Shown in pieces: positions 9,756-20,859 of a stretch of DNA of 64,000 bases; position 1 is the stretch's first letter; each line of letters opens with the position of its first letter. The translations under genes and the position numbers were made by a program. The DNA is from an uncultured cyanobacterium (GTDB lineage: Bacteria; Cyanobacteriota; Cyanobacteriia; Cyanobacteriales; Nostocaceae), in assembly GCA_963740315.1 (NCBI GenBank), contig CAVUDP010000004.1, forward strand, positions 973,415 through 1,037,414. The letters are read 5' to 3'. The notes beneath the pieces are model-generated. The model ran no database searches. It had not been told where the DNA came from and saw only the letters and a program-made list of their open reading frames with translations.

Positions 9756-11018
9756 ATGATTAAAGGTAATTTTGAGGAATTTCTAGAAGCCTTGGGTGCT
9801 TTTGAATCAGGAAAACCATCAGGCGATCCACAACAATACGAAGCAGTAAATGATTTTACAGGTGCAACGGGTAAATACCAATTTACGCAGATATTAATGC
9901 AAGACCTAGACTATTATCAAAATGATACTAACTTGTTTGATAATGTCTGGGATGGCGAGTTTTTAGGGAAAAATGGCATTACGAGTTTAGAATCATGGAA
10001 GAATAATCCAGCCGTCCAGGAAACTGGTATTCGAGAATCTTTTTTTACTAACTACGGCTATGTAAATGCCGTTCTCAATGAAAGAAATATTCCCAATCTG
10101 GACACAACTTTTTTATCCAACAATCAAGATACTAAGACAGTTAAGTTTTATAAATTAAACAGCGATCGCACTGACTTTGAACGGGATGCAAATGGAGAAC
10201 CAGTATTAAATCAAGATCCCGAACTAACACAAGTAAACCTTTCTTTATCTGGGATTATCGCCGGAGCGCATCTTCGCGGAGGTTTTGGTGTAGGAGAAGT
10301 TATCTCGCAGTTAGATCAAAAAAGTGTTGTTGACTTTACAGATGTCACAGAATTTGATATCGATTACTACAGAAACTTTCTCTACGATGAAATAAACACT
10401 TCTATCTTCAGATACATCAATGATTTTGGCGATTACGATGCTCAAAATTCTAATTTTACGCTCCCTAGCTATGGAAATGCTCAAGATTATATACTGTACG
10501 GCACGTTGAATCAAAATTCTATCGATGGTGGTAATGGTAACGATCGAATTTATGGTCTTCAAGAAAATGATTCTTTAACTGGTCTTAACGGTAACGACTC
10601 GCTTTACGGTGGAAGTGGTAGCGATAAACTTCTTGGTGGTGATGGTGAAGATGTACTTGATGGTTGGTACAAGTCTTTTGAAGTCGGTCAAATTGACGAA
10701 CTAACGGGTGGTAAAGGAGGCGATACTTTTGTATTAGGTAATGAAACTGATGGAGTGTATTATTTAGGAGATGGAAACGCTGTAATTAAAGATTTAAGAT
10801 TTTTGGAAGGCGATCGGTTGCAGTTGACTGGAAATATAAAAGACTACTCAATATCATTGAGTTTTTCGGATAGGTCATTAGAGCTTAGTTATAAAAACGA
10901 TTTGATTGCAGAATTTGATTTTGGAGGGATATCTAGTATGTCTCAATATTCATCGTTCAATAACGCTTCTCTAAATAATACGTCTCTAAATAACGTCTCC
11001 GTTATGGATTTAAGCTAA
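9756..11018 (+). CDS. Probably secreted protein with lysozyme-like N-terminus and RTX/hemolysin-type Ca-binding repeats
   Basis: GGNGND/GLNGND/GGSGSD/GGDGED nonapeptides; N-terminal ALGAFES...GKYQF resembles lysozyme-superfamily motifs. Confidence 0.7.
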   Translation: MIKGNFEEFLEALGAFESGKPSGDPQQYEAVNDFTGATGKYQFTQILMQDLDYYQNDTNLFDNVWDGEFLGKNGITSLESWKNNPAVQETGIRESFFTNYGYVNAVLNERNIPNLDTTFLSNNQDTKTVKFYKLNSDRTDFERDANGEPVLNQDPELTQVNLSLSGIIAGAHLRGGFGVGEVISQLDQKSVVDFTDVTEFDIDYYRNFLYDEINTSIFRYINDFGDYDAQNSNFTLPSYGNAQDYILYGTLNQNSIDGGNGNDRIYGLQENDSLTGLNGNDSLYGGSGSDKLLGGDGEDVLDGWYKSFEVGQIDELTGGKGGDTFVLGNETDGVYYLGDGNAVIKDLRFLEGDRLQLTGNIKDYSISLSFSDRSLELSYKNDLIAEFDFGGISSMSQYSSFNNASLNNTSLNNVSVMDLS

Positions 11019-11236
11019 TAATTATACTCACAGATGGCTAAGCTCTAAAAGACCGCCTTACCATACTAAACAAAATTTCAAGTTTGTAATAACTTCATTA
11101 ATTACGATCGCAAAAATATCACTAATTCATAAGTGACGATGTATTATACGTAGAAATACTGCTATCTGCCTTTGAATTCGTAAGAATACAGGTTTACTTT
11201 TGCAATACAGATAATCACTTTACGTGTATTAAAAAT

Positions 11237-12766
11237 ATGAAAATAAAAAAAGTTTGCGTAATTGGCGCAGGTATCAGTGGTTTAGTTGCGGCTAAAACTT
11301 TCTTGGAAGATGATTTTGAAGTAACGGTATTTGAGAAAAAACCGGAATTAGGGGGTGTTTGGCAAGAGTCGAGGGCTTATCCAGATGTAAAAACTCAAAA
11401 TAGCCGCCATACATACTGTTTCACGGATTACCCAATGCCAGAGGATTATCCAGAATGGCCAAGCGGCGAGCAAGTACGCAGATATTTGCAGTCTTATGCA
11501 GATAATTTTGGGGTGAGCGAAAGAATTTATTTTCAAACAGAAGTTATTGATATTTCCAGGAAAACAGGTGAAAATCATGTTTGGGTTGTAAGTATCAAAA
11601 AAGGCGATCGACAAATAGAAGAAAAGCACGAATTTGATTTTGTATTAATCTGTAATGGCTTGCTTCATAATCCGAAAATACCCACATTTCCTGGTAAGGA
11701 AGAGTTTATTGCCGCAGGAGGAAAGATACTGCATTCGAGTGAGTGTAATGACGTTGATTTAATTAAAGATAAGCGAGTTGTTGTAGTGGGTTTTGGTAAA
11801 TCAGCTTGCGATATTGCCACATTTGCAGCTAATAATGCCAAAGATTCAACATTATTATTCCGTCGTGCTTTCTGGAAGATTCCCAAATTTTTCTTTAATA
11901 AAATCCATTTTGAAGATATTCTGCTAACACGTTTTTCTGAAATTTGGTTGCCTTATCGTAAAAACAAAGGAATTGAAAAGGTACTTCACAGTGTAGGTAA
12001 ACCATTAGTATGGGGTTTTTGGCGTTTAAATGAATTAATTTTACGCAAGCAATTTAATCTTGATGCTTGCAAAATGTTGCCTACTGATTTAATGAATGTA
12101 AGTCTTGGTTGTAATGCTAATCTAGCCGTAGACAATTTTTATGAATCCGTACAGTCAGGAAAAATAAAAGCGAAAAAAGAAAGTATTGCTAAATATATTC
12201 CTGGTGGTGTAGAGCTTAATTCTGGCGAACAATTAGAGTGTGATGTAGTCGTTTTTGGTACCGGATTTCGTCAAGAGATACCTTTTTTAGAAGAAAAGTA
12301 TCGTAATTTAGTCAAAGACGAACAAGGTAGTTTTCATCTCTACCGCAATTTAATTAATCCTGATGTTCCTAATATAGGTTTTGTTGGTTACAATTCAAGC
12401 TTTTTTTGTCCGCTGACATCTGAAGTTGGAGCTTGGTGGTTAGCAGAATATGTGAAAGGAAATTTAGATTTACCAACTCGATCGCAAATTCACGCGGAAA
12501 TAGAAGAACATTTAAAATGGGATAAAGCAACTTTACCACCAGCGATCGCACCTGGTACCTGCGTAACTCGTTTTAGCTTTCATTACTTAGAAGATTTAAT
12601 CGAAGATATGGGTTTCAAAATATTTGGTAAAGGTGCGAAACCACTTCAAGGAATGATGGAAAGAGTAAAACCATCTGCATATCAAAAAATTCGCCAGCAG
12701 TTGCGTGGTAAAAAGCCTTTATTGGTGAAAGATGCTTCCGTGAAAGAGGTTGTGAAAATTAGTTAA
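11237..12766 (+). CDS. Flavin-containing monooxygenase (FMO family)
   Basis: GAGISG, GGVW, FMO fingerprint (F...GKILHSSE), GFGKSACD, FGTGF. Confidence 0.92.
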   Translation: MKIKKVCVIGAGISGLVAAKTFLEDDFEVTVFEKKPELGGVWQESRAYPDVKTQNSRHTYCFTDYPMPEDYPEWPSGEQVRRYLQSYADNFGVSERIYFQTEVIDISRKTGENHVWVVSIKKGDRQIEEKHEFDFVLICNGLLHNPKIPTFPGKEEFIAAGGKILHSSECNDVDLIKDKRVVVVGFGKSACDIATFAANNAKDSTLLFRRAFWKIPKFFFNKIHFEDILLTRFSEIWLPYRKNKGIEKVLHSVGKPLVWGFWRLNELILRKQFNLDACKMLPTDLMNVSLGCNANLAVDNFYESVQSGKIKAKKESIAKYIPGGVELNSGEQLECDVVVFGTGFRQEIPFLEEKYRNLVKDEQGSFHLYRNLINPDVPNIGFVGYNSSFFCPLTSEVGAWWLAEYVKGNLDLPTRSQIHAEIEEHLKWDKATLPPAIAPGTCVTRFSFHYLEDLIEDMGFKIFGKGAKPLQGMMERVKPSAYQKIRQQLRGKKPLLVKDASVKEVVKIS

Positions 12767-12768
12767 AA

Positions 12769-13458
12769 TCAAATTTCACCAACCCCAAATCGATAACCTT
12801 TACCATAAACGCTATGAATTAATTGCGTTTCACCTTTAACTTCAATCTTTCTCCGCAAAAGACGAACTAATGCAGCAATCACATTACTGCTGGGTTGTTC
12901 GTCTTCTTCCCATAAAGAAAGCATTATTTGAGCGTGAGTCAAAAGTAACCCCGGATTTTCCATCAAATATTGCAACAACTGACTTTCTTTTTCTGATAGT
13001 TCAATTACTCTTCCTTGACGATAAGCTATTTGATTTTGAGAATCTAATTCTAAATCTTCGACAACAATTTTTTTATTTGTGTGAGTGTATTCTTCCACAC
13101 CTACACGCCGTAATAAAGCCCTAACTCTTGCTAGTAATTCCCGCAATTCAAAAGGTTTTACTAAATAATCATCAGCACCTGCGTCTAAACCTTCTACTCG
13201 GTCATCTAAAGTATCTTTTGCTGTCAGGAATAATACGGGTGTCGTAACGCCTTGCTGTCGTAACTGCTGACAAATTTCCAAACCAGTTTTTCCCGGCAGC
13301 ATCCAGTCTAAAATAAGTAAATCGTAATTACCTTTTTGTACGAGTTCGCTGCCAGTTGTGCCATCAAAAGCCGCATCAACTTTATAACCTTCGCGAGTTA
13401 ATAAGCGAGTCAAGGGGTTGGTAAGTTCGGTTTCGTCGTCAACTATCAAAATTCGCAT
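12769..13458 (-). CDS. rppA: OmpR-family response regulator (RppA-like)
   Basis: Receiver domain (ILIVDDE, LDWMLP, FLTA, KPF) plus winged helix; ATG at 13458 preferred over the longer ORF start; symbol less certain than family. Confidence 0.75.
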   Translation of the reverse strand: MRILIVDDETELTNPLTRLLTREGYKVDAAFDGTTGSELVQKGNYDLLILDWMLPGKTGLEICQQLRQQGVTTPVLFLTAKDTLDDRVEGLDAGADDYLVKPFELRELLARVRALLRRVGVEEYTHTNKKIVVEDLELDSQNQIAYRQGRVIELSEKESQLLQYLMENPGLLLTHAQIMLSLWEEDEQPSSNVIAALVRLLRRKIEVKGETQLIHSVYGKGYRFGVGEI

Positions 13459-13830
13459 CTTCTTTATTTTAGATTTTAGATACTTCGGCAAGTCTTACAG
13501 TGAGCTACGTCGAACTGCTCAGCACAAGTTTTAGATTTTGGATTTTAACAACGGATGTTTTTATTTTGGACTAACAAATATATCTAATACTAAATAAATG
13601 GTAGGTTAAAGAGAGAGGGGGAAGAGGGGGAGACAAGGAGATGGGGAGAAGGGGAGATGGGGAGATTAGGTGAAAATAATTCTGGGAGTTGTAACTCTTC
13701 ACTTTTAATTACCAATTACCAATTACCTATTACCTATTACCTATTCCCAATGCCCATTCACCGGAGGTGGGAGGTAGCCCAATGCCCATTTCCCAACTAA
13801 CAACTAACAACTAACCACTAACAACTGATT

Positions 13831-14490
13831 ATGTTAACCGTTGCACTACCAAAAGGTGGACTTTTAAAAGAGAGTATCCGCTTGCTAAAATCTGTGGGTT
13901 TGGATTTTAGTGCTTTTTTAACCGAAGAAAATCGTCAATTACAAATTTTAGATGCTAGCGGAAAAGCTAGGGGATTAAAGGTAAGAGCGCAGGATGTACC
14001 CGTTTATGTTGAATACGGGCAGGCTCAGTTGGGTATTGTTGGTGAAGATGTGCTGCAAGAAAAAAAGCCGCAAATTGCCCGCTTAGTCGATTTGGGGTTT
14101 GGTTATTGTCGGATGTCTGTAGCGGTGAAAGCTTCGAGTGCTTACAAATCGCCTTTGGATTTACCTGCTGATTGCAGAGTTGCATCTAAATATGTAAATT
14201 GCGCTCGCGATTACTTTCAAAGTTTAGATTTTCCTGTAGAAATTATACCTTTATCTGGTTCTGTAGAGTTGGGACCAATTACAGGAATGTCCGAAGCGAT
14301 CGTTGATATAGTTTCCACGGGAAAAACTTTAAAAGAAAATGGTTTGATTGAAATTGCAACTTTATACGAAAGTACCGCAATGTTGATTGCTCATCCTTTA
14401 GCTTATCGTCTTAATAAGGATGGGATTAGTGATTGGATTGGGAAGTTACGACAAGGGGTGATGAGTGAGGAATTAGGAGTTAGAAATTAG
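13831..14490 (+). CDS. hisG: ATP phosphoribosyltransferase, short form
   Basis: [39 protein letters not shown]. Confidence 0.96.
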   Translation: MLTVALPKGGLLKESIRLLKSVGLDFSAFLTEENRQLQILDASGKARGLKVRAQDVPVYVEYGQAQLGIVGEDVLQEKKPQIARLVDLGFGYCRMSVAVKASSAYKSPLDLPADCRVASKYVNCARDYFQSLDFPVEIIPLSGSVELGPITGMSEAIVDIVSTGKTLKENGLIEIATLYESTAMLIAHPLAYRLNKDGISDWIGKLRQGVMSEELGVRN

Positions 14491-14512
14491 AGTTTAGAGG
14501 ATGTTTGAGACG

Positions 14513-14830
14513 TTACTCAGATTCTTCGCCTAAATAAGATTGGCTACTATGACGAACATGAAGAATTGAAACAACATCTTCTTCGACAATAAATAAAGCT
14601 CGATATTTCCTTTGTTTTCCAATCCATATTTGCCGAATTTCACGGCCAATTGTTGCTGCTTCTGGTGCAATGGTACAGCGATTAGGAAACTTTCGTAATG
14701 ACGTTATCGCGTCTTGAAGTTGGTAGTACCAATTATTTGCTACTTCTCCACTTAGGTTATCGCACATCCAACGATAAGCAGTTTCAATCTCTTGAAAAGC
14801 AGTAGGCTCAATGATAACCTGGTAGCTCAT
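14513..14830 (-). CDS. RelE/ParE family toxin
   Basis: 105 aa, YRALF...VSILHVRH C-terminal pattern; overlaps the stop of the upstream antitoxin gene. Confidence 0.85.
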   Translation of the reverse strand: MSYQVIIEPTAFQEIETAYRWMCDNLSGEVANNWYYQLQDAITSLRKFPNRCTIAPEAATIGREIRQIWIGKQRKYRALFIVEEDVVSILHVRHSSQSYLGEESE

Positions 14831-15090
14831 GGGCGGGGAGGGATGTTAAATTTTTTCTGCAAGGTATCTAAAGCCTGCTCTGCGGGAATCCCCTCACCCC
14901 GCTCAAATTCATCTAACCCTTTACGAATACCTACTATTGCTTCTAAGTAATCGATTCGTTCTAAAAGTTCTCGATATGTGGTTGGTTGTTGTGGTGTTTT
15001 TTTAAGCGATCGCACAAAATTAAGTAAATCTTCTAGAAGCTCGTTTGGGGTATTATCAATTTCCTGCAACAGCAATTCTTTGATTGTCAT
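14827..15090 (-). CDS. Putative antitoxin (DUF2281-like N-terminus)
   Basis: MTIKELLLQEID...IRKGLDEFERGEG; ATG at 15090; 4-nt overlap with the toxin gene. Confidence 0.7.
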   Translation of the reverse strand: MTIKELLLQEIDNTPNELLEDLLNFVRSLKKTPQQPTTYRELLERIDYLEAIVGIRKGLDEFERGEGIPAEQALDTLQKKFNIPPRP

Positions 15091-15186
15091 TACACTTTTA
15101 TAGATAGGATTTATTCTAGTATAGCGATCGCGCTCTGCATAATTACAGTATGCGCGATCGCACTTCAACGCAGTTATAATATCTGA

Positions 15187-15407
15187 GGTGAAAAGGGAAC
15201 CGATGATTTTCAAGAAATGATTTCTTTGGTAAAGAGGTTTTGGGAACAAACGGGAATAACAGAAGCGAAGAAGGTAGAAATTTTAGAAACTATGGAAAAA
15301 GGTGTTTATCCAATTTCTGAAACCAGAGTTTTGCAATTATTAGAGCAAGCTGGTTTTATACGGGTTTGTGGGTTGGTGGTTGGATGGCTGTAAAAGATAA
15401 TTTGTAA
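15187..15407 (+). pseudogene. C-terminal remnant of a class I SAM methyltransferase
   Basis: Manual translation GEKGTDDFQEMIS...RVLQLLEQAGF, then a frame change to YTGLWVGGWMAVK*; no N-terminal half. Confidence 0.55.
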
Positions 15408-15537
15408 TTGTGGTGCGTTGCGAGTAAACGAGAAAGGGAATTCTAAAAAATCTTTCATAAAACTTTCACGGATGATTTAGATAGTTATTTCAAACTTAAG
15501 TTGTATAAGCTTCAAACAACTTAAGGAGAGAAAAACA

Positions 15538-15882
15538 ATGAGTCAGGCAAAAGCGAATAAACCCAGAAAAAATTCAGCTTTCAAGCATCTAATGTCAATT
15601 CACTGGTGGATGTTCTACTGCTACATCGTGCTTTTCATTGGTGGATCTTTTATGGCGCGTTTACCCAGAGATTTTTTTGTACGCAACCCTTTGTACGACT
15701 TTCATAAAACTGTAGGAGTGCTGACAATGGGTTTATTAACCTGGAGAATCTTGACTCTGCTACGAGTATGGTGGAAGAAGTATACCAAGCGTTTGCCAAA
15801 GTATAGTCCTGAATGGATGCAAAAATTTGCCCTTCATACCGCTCTTTACCTAAGTACTTACCAATATTTTAATGTTGGTTAA
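15538..15882 (+). pseudogene. Truncated cytochrome b561 family protein
   Basis: IHWW, DFHKTVG and LHTALY heme-ligand helices present, but the ORF ends before the last helices. Confidence 0.7.
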
Positions 15883-16203
15883 ATTGATGATTTTAGAACG
15901 GCTGTACTTAGCGCTACCGCAACTCCTAGACGTTTTATTTGTTATCTCTAGCTCTACAGAACATATCTTTTTTATACACGGATTATACTTGTTTTATATT
16001 CTAACTTTTTGCTATATAGAATGGGAGTAAAGGGTAACAATGCCGGAGAAGTCGATATAGTTCAGTAATTTTACATACTGACATAATTAATATATCTATG
16101 TAATAGTAGTTAGGAAACTTTTGGATTTATTGAGAGTTTACCTAATGATTGACAGTATACCGATTGCGGCTAATAAATACGACCTAAATGGAGGTTTCTG
16201 AAA

Positions 16204-17118
16204 ATGTCTCCCCTGACTTTGACTGAAGCCCTGGAAAAAATCGACCAAACCTTTGGTATTGACAAAATACTCAGTGACTTCGATCGTAATTTCATGGTGC
16301 GCTACTACACTCAGAGCGAAATTGGCTACCGCACCTATCATTCCGAACAAGACTGCGTTCACATGGCTTTGAACGAAGATGGCGTGTTTAACACCCAAGG
16401 ATATTATGCACAGCCTAAAACCGTTGAGACTCATCTACAATCTCTAAATGCTAAACAGGTGCTAGAGCTTGGCTGTGGCAAAGGATTCAACAGCGTCTTT
16501 TTAGCCGATCGCAATCCGGAAACCATGTTTACCGGCATAGATTTGACTCCCTTACACGTTAAAATTGCTCAGAAGAAAGCCGTTGATTTGAAAAATCTCT
16601 CTTTTATGCAGGGAGACTTTAATCATCTTCCCTTTGCAGATGGACAGTTTGATGTTGTATTTGCTGTAGAATGCCTTTGCCACTCGACCAATGTACCCCG
16701 CACGCTGGCAGAAATTTACCGGGTGCTTCGACCTGGTGGACGATTGGTAGTATTTGACGGTTATCGTTCCGCAGAGTTCGAGAACCAAGAAGCATCGTTG
16801 AGAACTGCTCAAAAGCTAATTGAAGTAGCAATGGCAGTTCAGGATGGCATGAACGATATTGATAACTGGTCTAACACCTCCAGCGAAGTGGGCTTTAAAT
16901 TGCTCGAAAGCGCAGATTTATCCCAAGCAATAAAGCCCACCGTGTATCGGTTACAGCAGCTATCCGCCAGGTTTTTTAAGATGAAGCCTTGGAAGAGAAG
17001 ATTGATATGGCGGTTTCGTACCTATCTTGTCAGAAATGCGATCGCAGGTCTACTAATACCCTTTGGTTTAGAAGCCCCTACCTGGCGGTATTACCTGAGT
17101 GTGATAGAGCGAAGCTAA
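16204..17118 (+). CDS. Class I SAM-dependent methyltransferase (sterol/tocopherol MT-like)
   Basis: VLELGCGKG motif I, GIDLT, LPFADGQFDVV, RVLRPGG. Confidence 0.88.
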   Translation: MSPLTLTEALEKIDQTFGIDKILSDFDRNFMVRYYTQSEIGYRTYHSEQDCVHMALNEDGVFNTQGYYAQPKTVETHLQSLNAKQVLELGCGKGFNSVFLADRNPETMFTGIDLTPLHVKIAQKKAVDLKNLSFMQGDFNHLPFADGQFDVVFAVECLCHSTNVPRTLAEIYRVLRPGGRLVVFDGYRSAEFENQEASLRTAQKLIEVAMAVQDGMNDIDNWSNTSSEVGFKLLESADLSQAIKPTVYRLQQLSARFFKMKPWKRRLIWRFRTYLVRNAIAGLLIPFGLEAPTWRYYLSVIERS

Positions 17119-17210
17119 GAATGTTTTGGTGTGCATCTCCAACGAACAGCTTTGAAGAAGGCGATCGCCACAACACACCCTACAATATACAATCCAAAAT
17201 TAAATAACTA

Positions 17211-18224
17211 TTATCCATGATAGCTTTCCCCAGTAACTTTACCCCGGAAGACTACATATGAATAAAGATTGTAGAACAACATAATCGGGATTAAAGCACC
17301 GATAAATATAATCATAATTACCAGCGAACTGGGATCGGCGGCGGCTTGATAAATGGTAATCTTGGTAGGGATAATGAACGGAAAGACAATTAAAGCTAAT
17401 CCGATAAATGTAAGTAGAAAAAGCAGTATTGTGATAATAAAAGGCTTTCTGTCTGCTTTTTGGTTCAAGCTTTGAAGTAATTGCCAAATCAAGAAGATTC
17501 CGATTAAAGGTATTAAGGCAAAGATATAAACTAAGGGTTTAGAAAGTAAGCGAATTCGAGCAGTTTCGTAAATAAAAGGAGTAACACCTGTAATTAAAAT
17601 TGCTCCGATTAAAGTTGTAAAAGCGGCAAGTCTGGCAGTTTTACGGTGAGTTTCCTGCAATTCTCCATCGGTTTTCCAAACTAGATAAGTGGAACCAATT
17701 AAGACGTAACCTTGAATTAAAGTTAAAGCTACTAATATAGATGGGATATTTAACCAGTCCCAAGTTGTACCGATAAAATGTCCTTTTTCATCAACTTTAA
17801 TTCCCGCAAGTACTGCTCCTAAAGCAAATCCCTGTCCCAATGCTGCCAGAAAACTTCCGATCGCAAAAGACAGATTCCATACGAATTTGTTTTCGGCTTC
17901 TTCACGAAATTCAAAGGCTACAGCGCGAAAAATAAACCCAAAAATCATAATGAAAATTGGCATATAAAGAGCGCTAAGAATTGTGGCGTAAGCTAAGGGA
18001 AATGCCCCAAATAAACTACCTGACATCAAAACCAGCCAGGTTTCATTCGCATCCCAAATGTTACTCAAGCTAGTCATTAAAATACCGCGACGCTCTTCTG
18101 TTGAGGAAGTCAGCGATAAAATACCAACTCCTAAATCAAAACCGTCAAGCATTACATAGAGAAACAAAAATAATGCTAAAATTCCAAACCATATCTGCGG
18201 TAGTAAATAATCTAATGTTTCCAT
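17211..18224 (-). CDS. cydB: Cytochrome bd ubiquinol oxidase subunit II
   Basis: LDGFDLGVG, WDANETWLV, GAFP motifs; true start METLDY at 18224 (the Pro-rich extension is repeat DNA). Confidence 0.95.
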   Translation of the reverse strand: METLDYLLPQIWFGILALFLFLYVMLDGFDLGVGILSLTSSTEERRGILMTSLSNIWDANETWLVLMSGSLFGAFPLAYATILSALYMPIFIMIFGFIFRAVAFEFREEAENKFVWNLSFAIGSFLAALGQGFALGAVLAGIKVDEKGHFIGTTWDWLNIPSILVALTLIQGYVLIGSTYLVWKTDGELQETHRKTARLAAFTTLIGAILITGVTPFIYETARIRLLSKPLVYIFALIPLIGIFLIWQLLQSLNQKADRKPFIITILLFLLTFIGLALIVFPFIIPTKITIYQAAADPSSLVIMIIFIGALIPIMLFYNLYSYVVFRGKVTGESYHG

Positions 18225-18420
18225 AGGAATTAATGGGGGGATGGGGAGAGGGGGTAGAGGGGGTAGAGGGGGATGGGGGATAGGGAATAGGGGGATGGGG
18301 GATAGGGAGATAGGGAGATAGGGAATAGGGGGATAAATAGGGAGCAAGATGCGAACACTACAAATATTTTTTATTTATAACTCCTAACTCCTAACTCCTA
18401 ACTCTTAACTCTTAACTTTA

Positions 18421-19863
18421 TTACTGCTGTGCTTCCACGGGGCGCTCGTCGGGAATAAATTGCGCTGGTGTGGTTTCCACTGCGGGTTTTTCTTCTATTC
18501 CGGGTACGGGTAAATTAAAGTTGGGGCCTCTGCGGATGATGCGACTACCGAAATATAATGCAGAAACAAATAAAACGCTGTAAACGGTTGCGAAGCACAA
18601 AAGAGTTGTGAGAACGTTTCCTGGCGGTAAATTTGATACTGCATCAACGGTGCGAATTTCGTTGTATACAGTCCAGGGCTGTCTGCCTACACAACGTACT
18701 ATCCATCCAGATTCTACGGCGATGTAACCCAACGGTGCCGCACAAATCCAACCAACCATTAACCAACTTTGCCCAGTTATATTTTCTGCCGAGAGCTTTC
18801 CGCGCAACCACTGAATAACACTTAATGACATTAATCCCGCAAAGAAGAAACCGATCGCAATCATGGTACGGAAAGCGTAGTAAATTAAACCTACCATGTG
18901 CGGTCTATCTTCGGGCTTCCAGGTTTTTAAACCCCGTACTGGTTCCGAAAGTTTCTGCTTGAATTCCAAAATATATCCTAAAGCATTGGGAACTACTATC
19001 TCCCAAGAATTTTTTTCCGTCTTCTCGTCGGGTATTGCCAACAGACTCCAATCAGCGCTTTCCCCTGCTGGTGTTGTTTCCCATTGCGCTTCCATCGCCG
19101 CTAACTTAGAAGGTTGATAATGATAAACCTGCTCGCCGCTTAAATGTCCTACCCAAATTTGTAGAGGTGCGACAATAATGGCAACCGCGATCGCAATCTT
19201 CAAGGCAATTGAAAAGAAGGCTGGATTCCGCTTGTTGAAAATGTACCAAGCACTGATTCCACCAATTACAAACAGCGAAGTTTCCAAAGTCGCAAGGAAC
19301 ATATGCGAAACACTCACCGCCATAAAAGGATTAAACACTGCTTTGAAATAATCGCTAACTACAAACTCACCATTAATAAAACTTCCACCTGCGGGAGTCT
19401 GCAACCAAGAATTTGCCGACAAAATGAACAAAGTTGAAAGATTAGCGCCGAAAGCAACCAAAATCGTCGCCATATAGTGAATTTTCGGGTTAACTCGCTC
19501 CCAACCAAACACCATAATTCCTAAAAAAGCAGCTTCCAACATAAACGCCCAAGACGCTTCAAAACCGATGACGCTGCCAAAAAAGTTACCAATAGCTTCC
19601 GAAAGCGGTCCCCAGTTAGTACCAAACTGAAACTCCATCGGAATCCCACTAGCTACTCCAATACCAAAGTTTAGAACGTAAAGCTTCGACCAAAAACGAG
19701 CGTGGAAATAGTAATCGGGATTGCGTGTCTTTAACCACAGCCCTTCCACAACAACTAAGTAAATACCCAAGCCAGTAGTTAAAACAGGCCATAACATATG
19801 AAAAATCGCCGTCAACGCAAACTGCATCCGCGACAGCGCTACTGTATTAGATAAAATTTCCAT
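18421..19863 (-). CDS. cydA: Cytochrome bd ubiquinol oxidase subunit I
   Basis: RMQFALTAIFH, EFQFGTNW, QPSKLAAME, GRQPW. Confidence 0.96.
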   Translation of the reverse strand: MEILSNTVALSRMQFALTAIFHMLWPVLTTGLGIYLVVVEGLWLKTRNPDYYFHARFWSKLYVLNFGIGVASGIPMEFQFGTNWGPLSEAIGNFFGSVIGFEASWAFMLEAAFLGIMVFGWERVNPKIHYMATILVAFGANLSTLFILSANSWLQTPAGGSFINGEFVVSDYFKAVFNPFMAVSVSHMFLATLETSLFVIGGISAWYIFNKRNPAFFSIALKIAIAVAIIVAPLQIWVGHLSGEQVYHYQPSKLAAMEAQWETTPAGESADWSLLAIPDEKTEKNSWEIVVPNALGYILEFKQKLSEPVRGLKTWKPEDRPHMVGLIYYAFRTMIAIGFFFAGLMSLSVIQWLRGKLSAENITGQSWLMVGWICAAPLGYIAVESGWIVRCVGRQPWTVYNEIRTVDAVSNLPPGNVLTTLLCFATVYSVLFVSALYFGSRIIRRGPNFNLPVPGIEEKPAVETTPAQFIPDERPVEAQQ

Positions 19864-20235
19864 AAATATAATTGCCCCTCTTACCTGCTTTCACTTATGA
19901 CGTGTCAGCTTTGCCACTCACTAGGTAAGCAGTAAATCCTCGGAAGCGTTACAGTATTTTAATATTTCTTAATATATGACAATATGTCGGGGAGAGGGGA
20001 GATGTGGGGGAGAGGGGGAGATGGGGAGATGGGGTTCGGGGGAGATGGGGGGAATAAAGCACTATTAAAAACTATATAACCATAAGTTAATTTTATTAAG
20101 ATGCAGGCGATCGCGCAGAATTAACTTATATCTCTATAATTGTTGTTATTCCAAGCTTACGAATAGTCGTTTATACATATTTCCATTAAATCAAAAAATA
20201 GTAAAGTTGAGAAACTATTTGTATATAAATTAATC

Positions 20236-20375
20236 GTAGGGTGTGTTGCCGCTCCGCGCAACGCACCATTAAATTTCTCATACAAATTAACAATATTAAA
20301 ATATTAAAACGGTGCGTTAGGCGTGAAACATACATATTTTGTCATAATTACCCATCGCGCCATAACACACCCTAC
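20236..20375. repeat. Inverted pair of REP-like elements, GTAGGGTGTGTT...AACGCACC family
   Basis: Copies at 20236-20267 and 20311-20375; further members at about 17171-17183, 20870, 21341-21407 and 55632-55694. Confidence 0.7.
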
Positions 20376-20437
20376 AAACTATTGGGAATAAATAATTGAC
20401 TGTTAATGATTGTAAAATACGTTAAGCTATTGTAGAA

Positions 20438-20859
20438 ATGACCTATCAATTTGCTGGAATATTTGTCAAAGAATTTCAGATATCCGCAGAAGTACCTCTT
20501 GATATTCCTTATACAGTTAGAAAGGTGAATTCTCCATTTATCGGCTCTGCAATATCAATCCCACAATACGTAATTAAAAATCCATCTATCGAAGAAGTAA
20601 ATAATATTGCAAAGAAAATTGGCATAAAACAACAACATGAATGGATGTTTATTTATTCAGCAACGGATGTTGGGCTGGTGAAATAGACGACTTATTCGGA
20701 TACATCAAAAAACCAGGAAAGGAGATGGCTTCTATAATCGACTTCGGTAAAAACAACCTAGAAAATGCTTGCATCTCTTTTATGCAAAAGTTTAGTCTTT
20801 CAAAAGATGAAGCATTAAATTTCGAGCCATTTAAAAGAGGTTTTTGGCGAGAGCAATAA
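20438..20859 (+). pseudogene. Hypothetical gene (about 140 aa) split by one frameshift
   Basis: Two overlapping + ORFs (20438-20686 and 20641-20859) that read as one protein if the frame shifts near 20665. Confidence 0.5.

Noticed and set aside
15091..15249. N-terminal extension of the 14827-15249 ORF
   Set aside because: Overlaps the methyltransferase remnant on the other strand; the antitoxin-sized ORF starts at 15090
18225..18347. Pro-rich N-terminal extension of CydB (similar extensions at 32627-32704 and 59738-59941)
   Set aside because: Translation of intergenic GGGGA-type repeats; better ATG starts lie downstream
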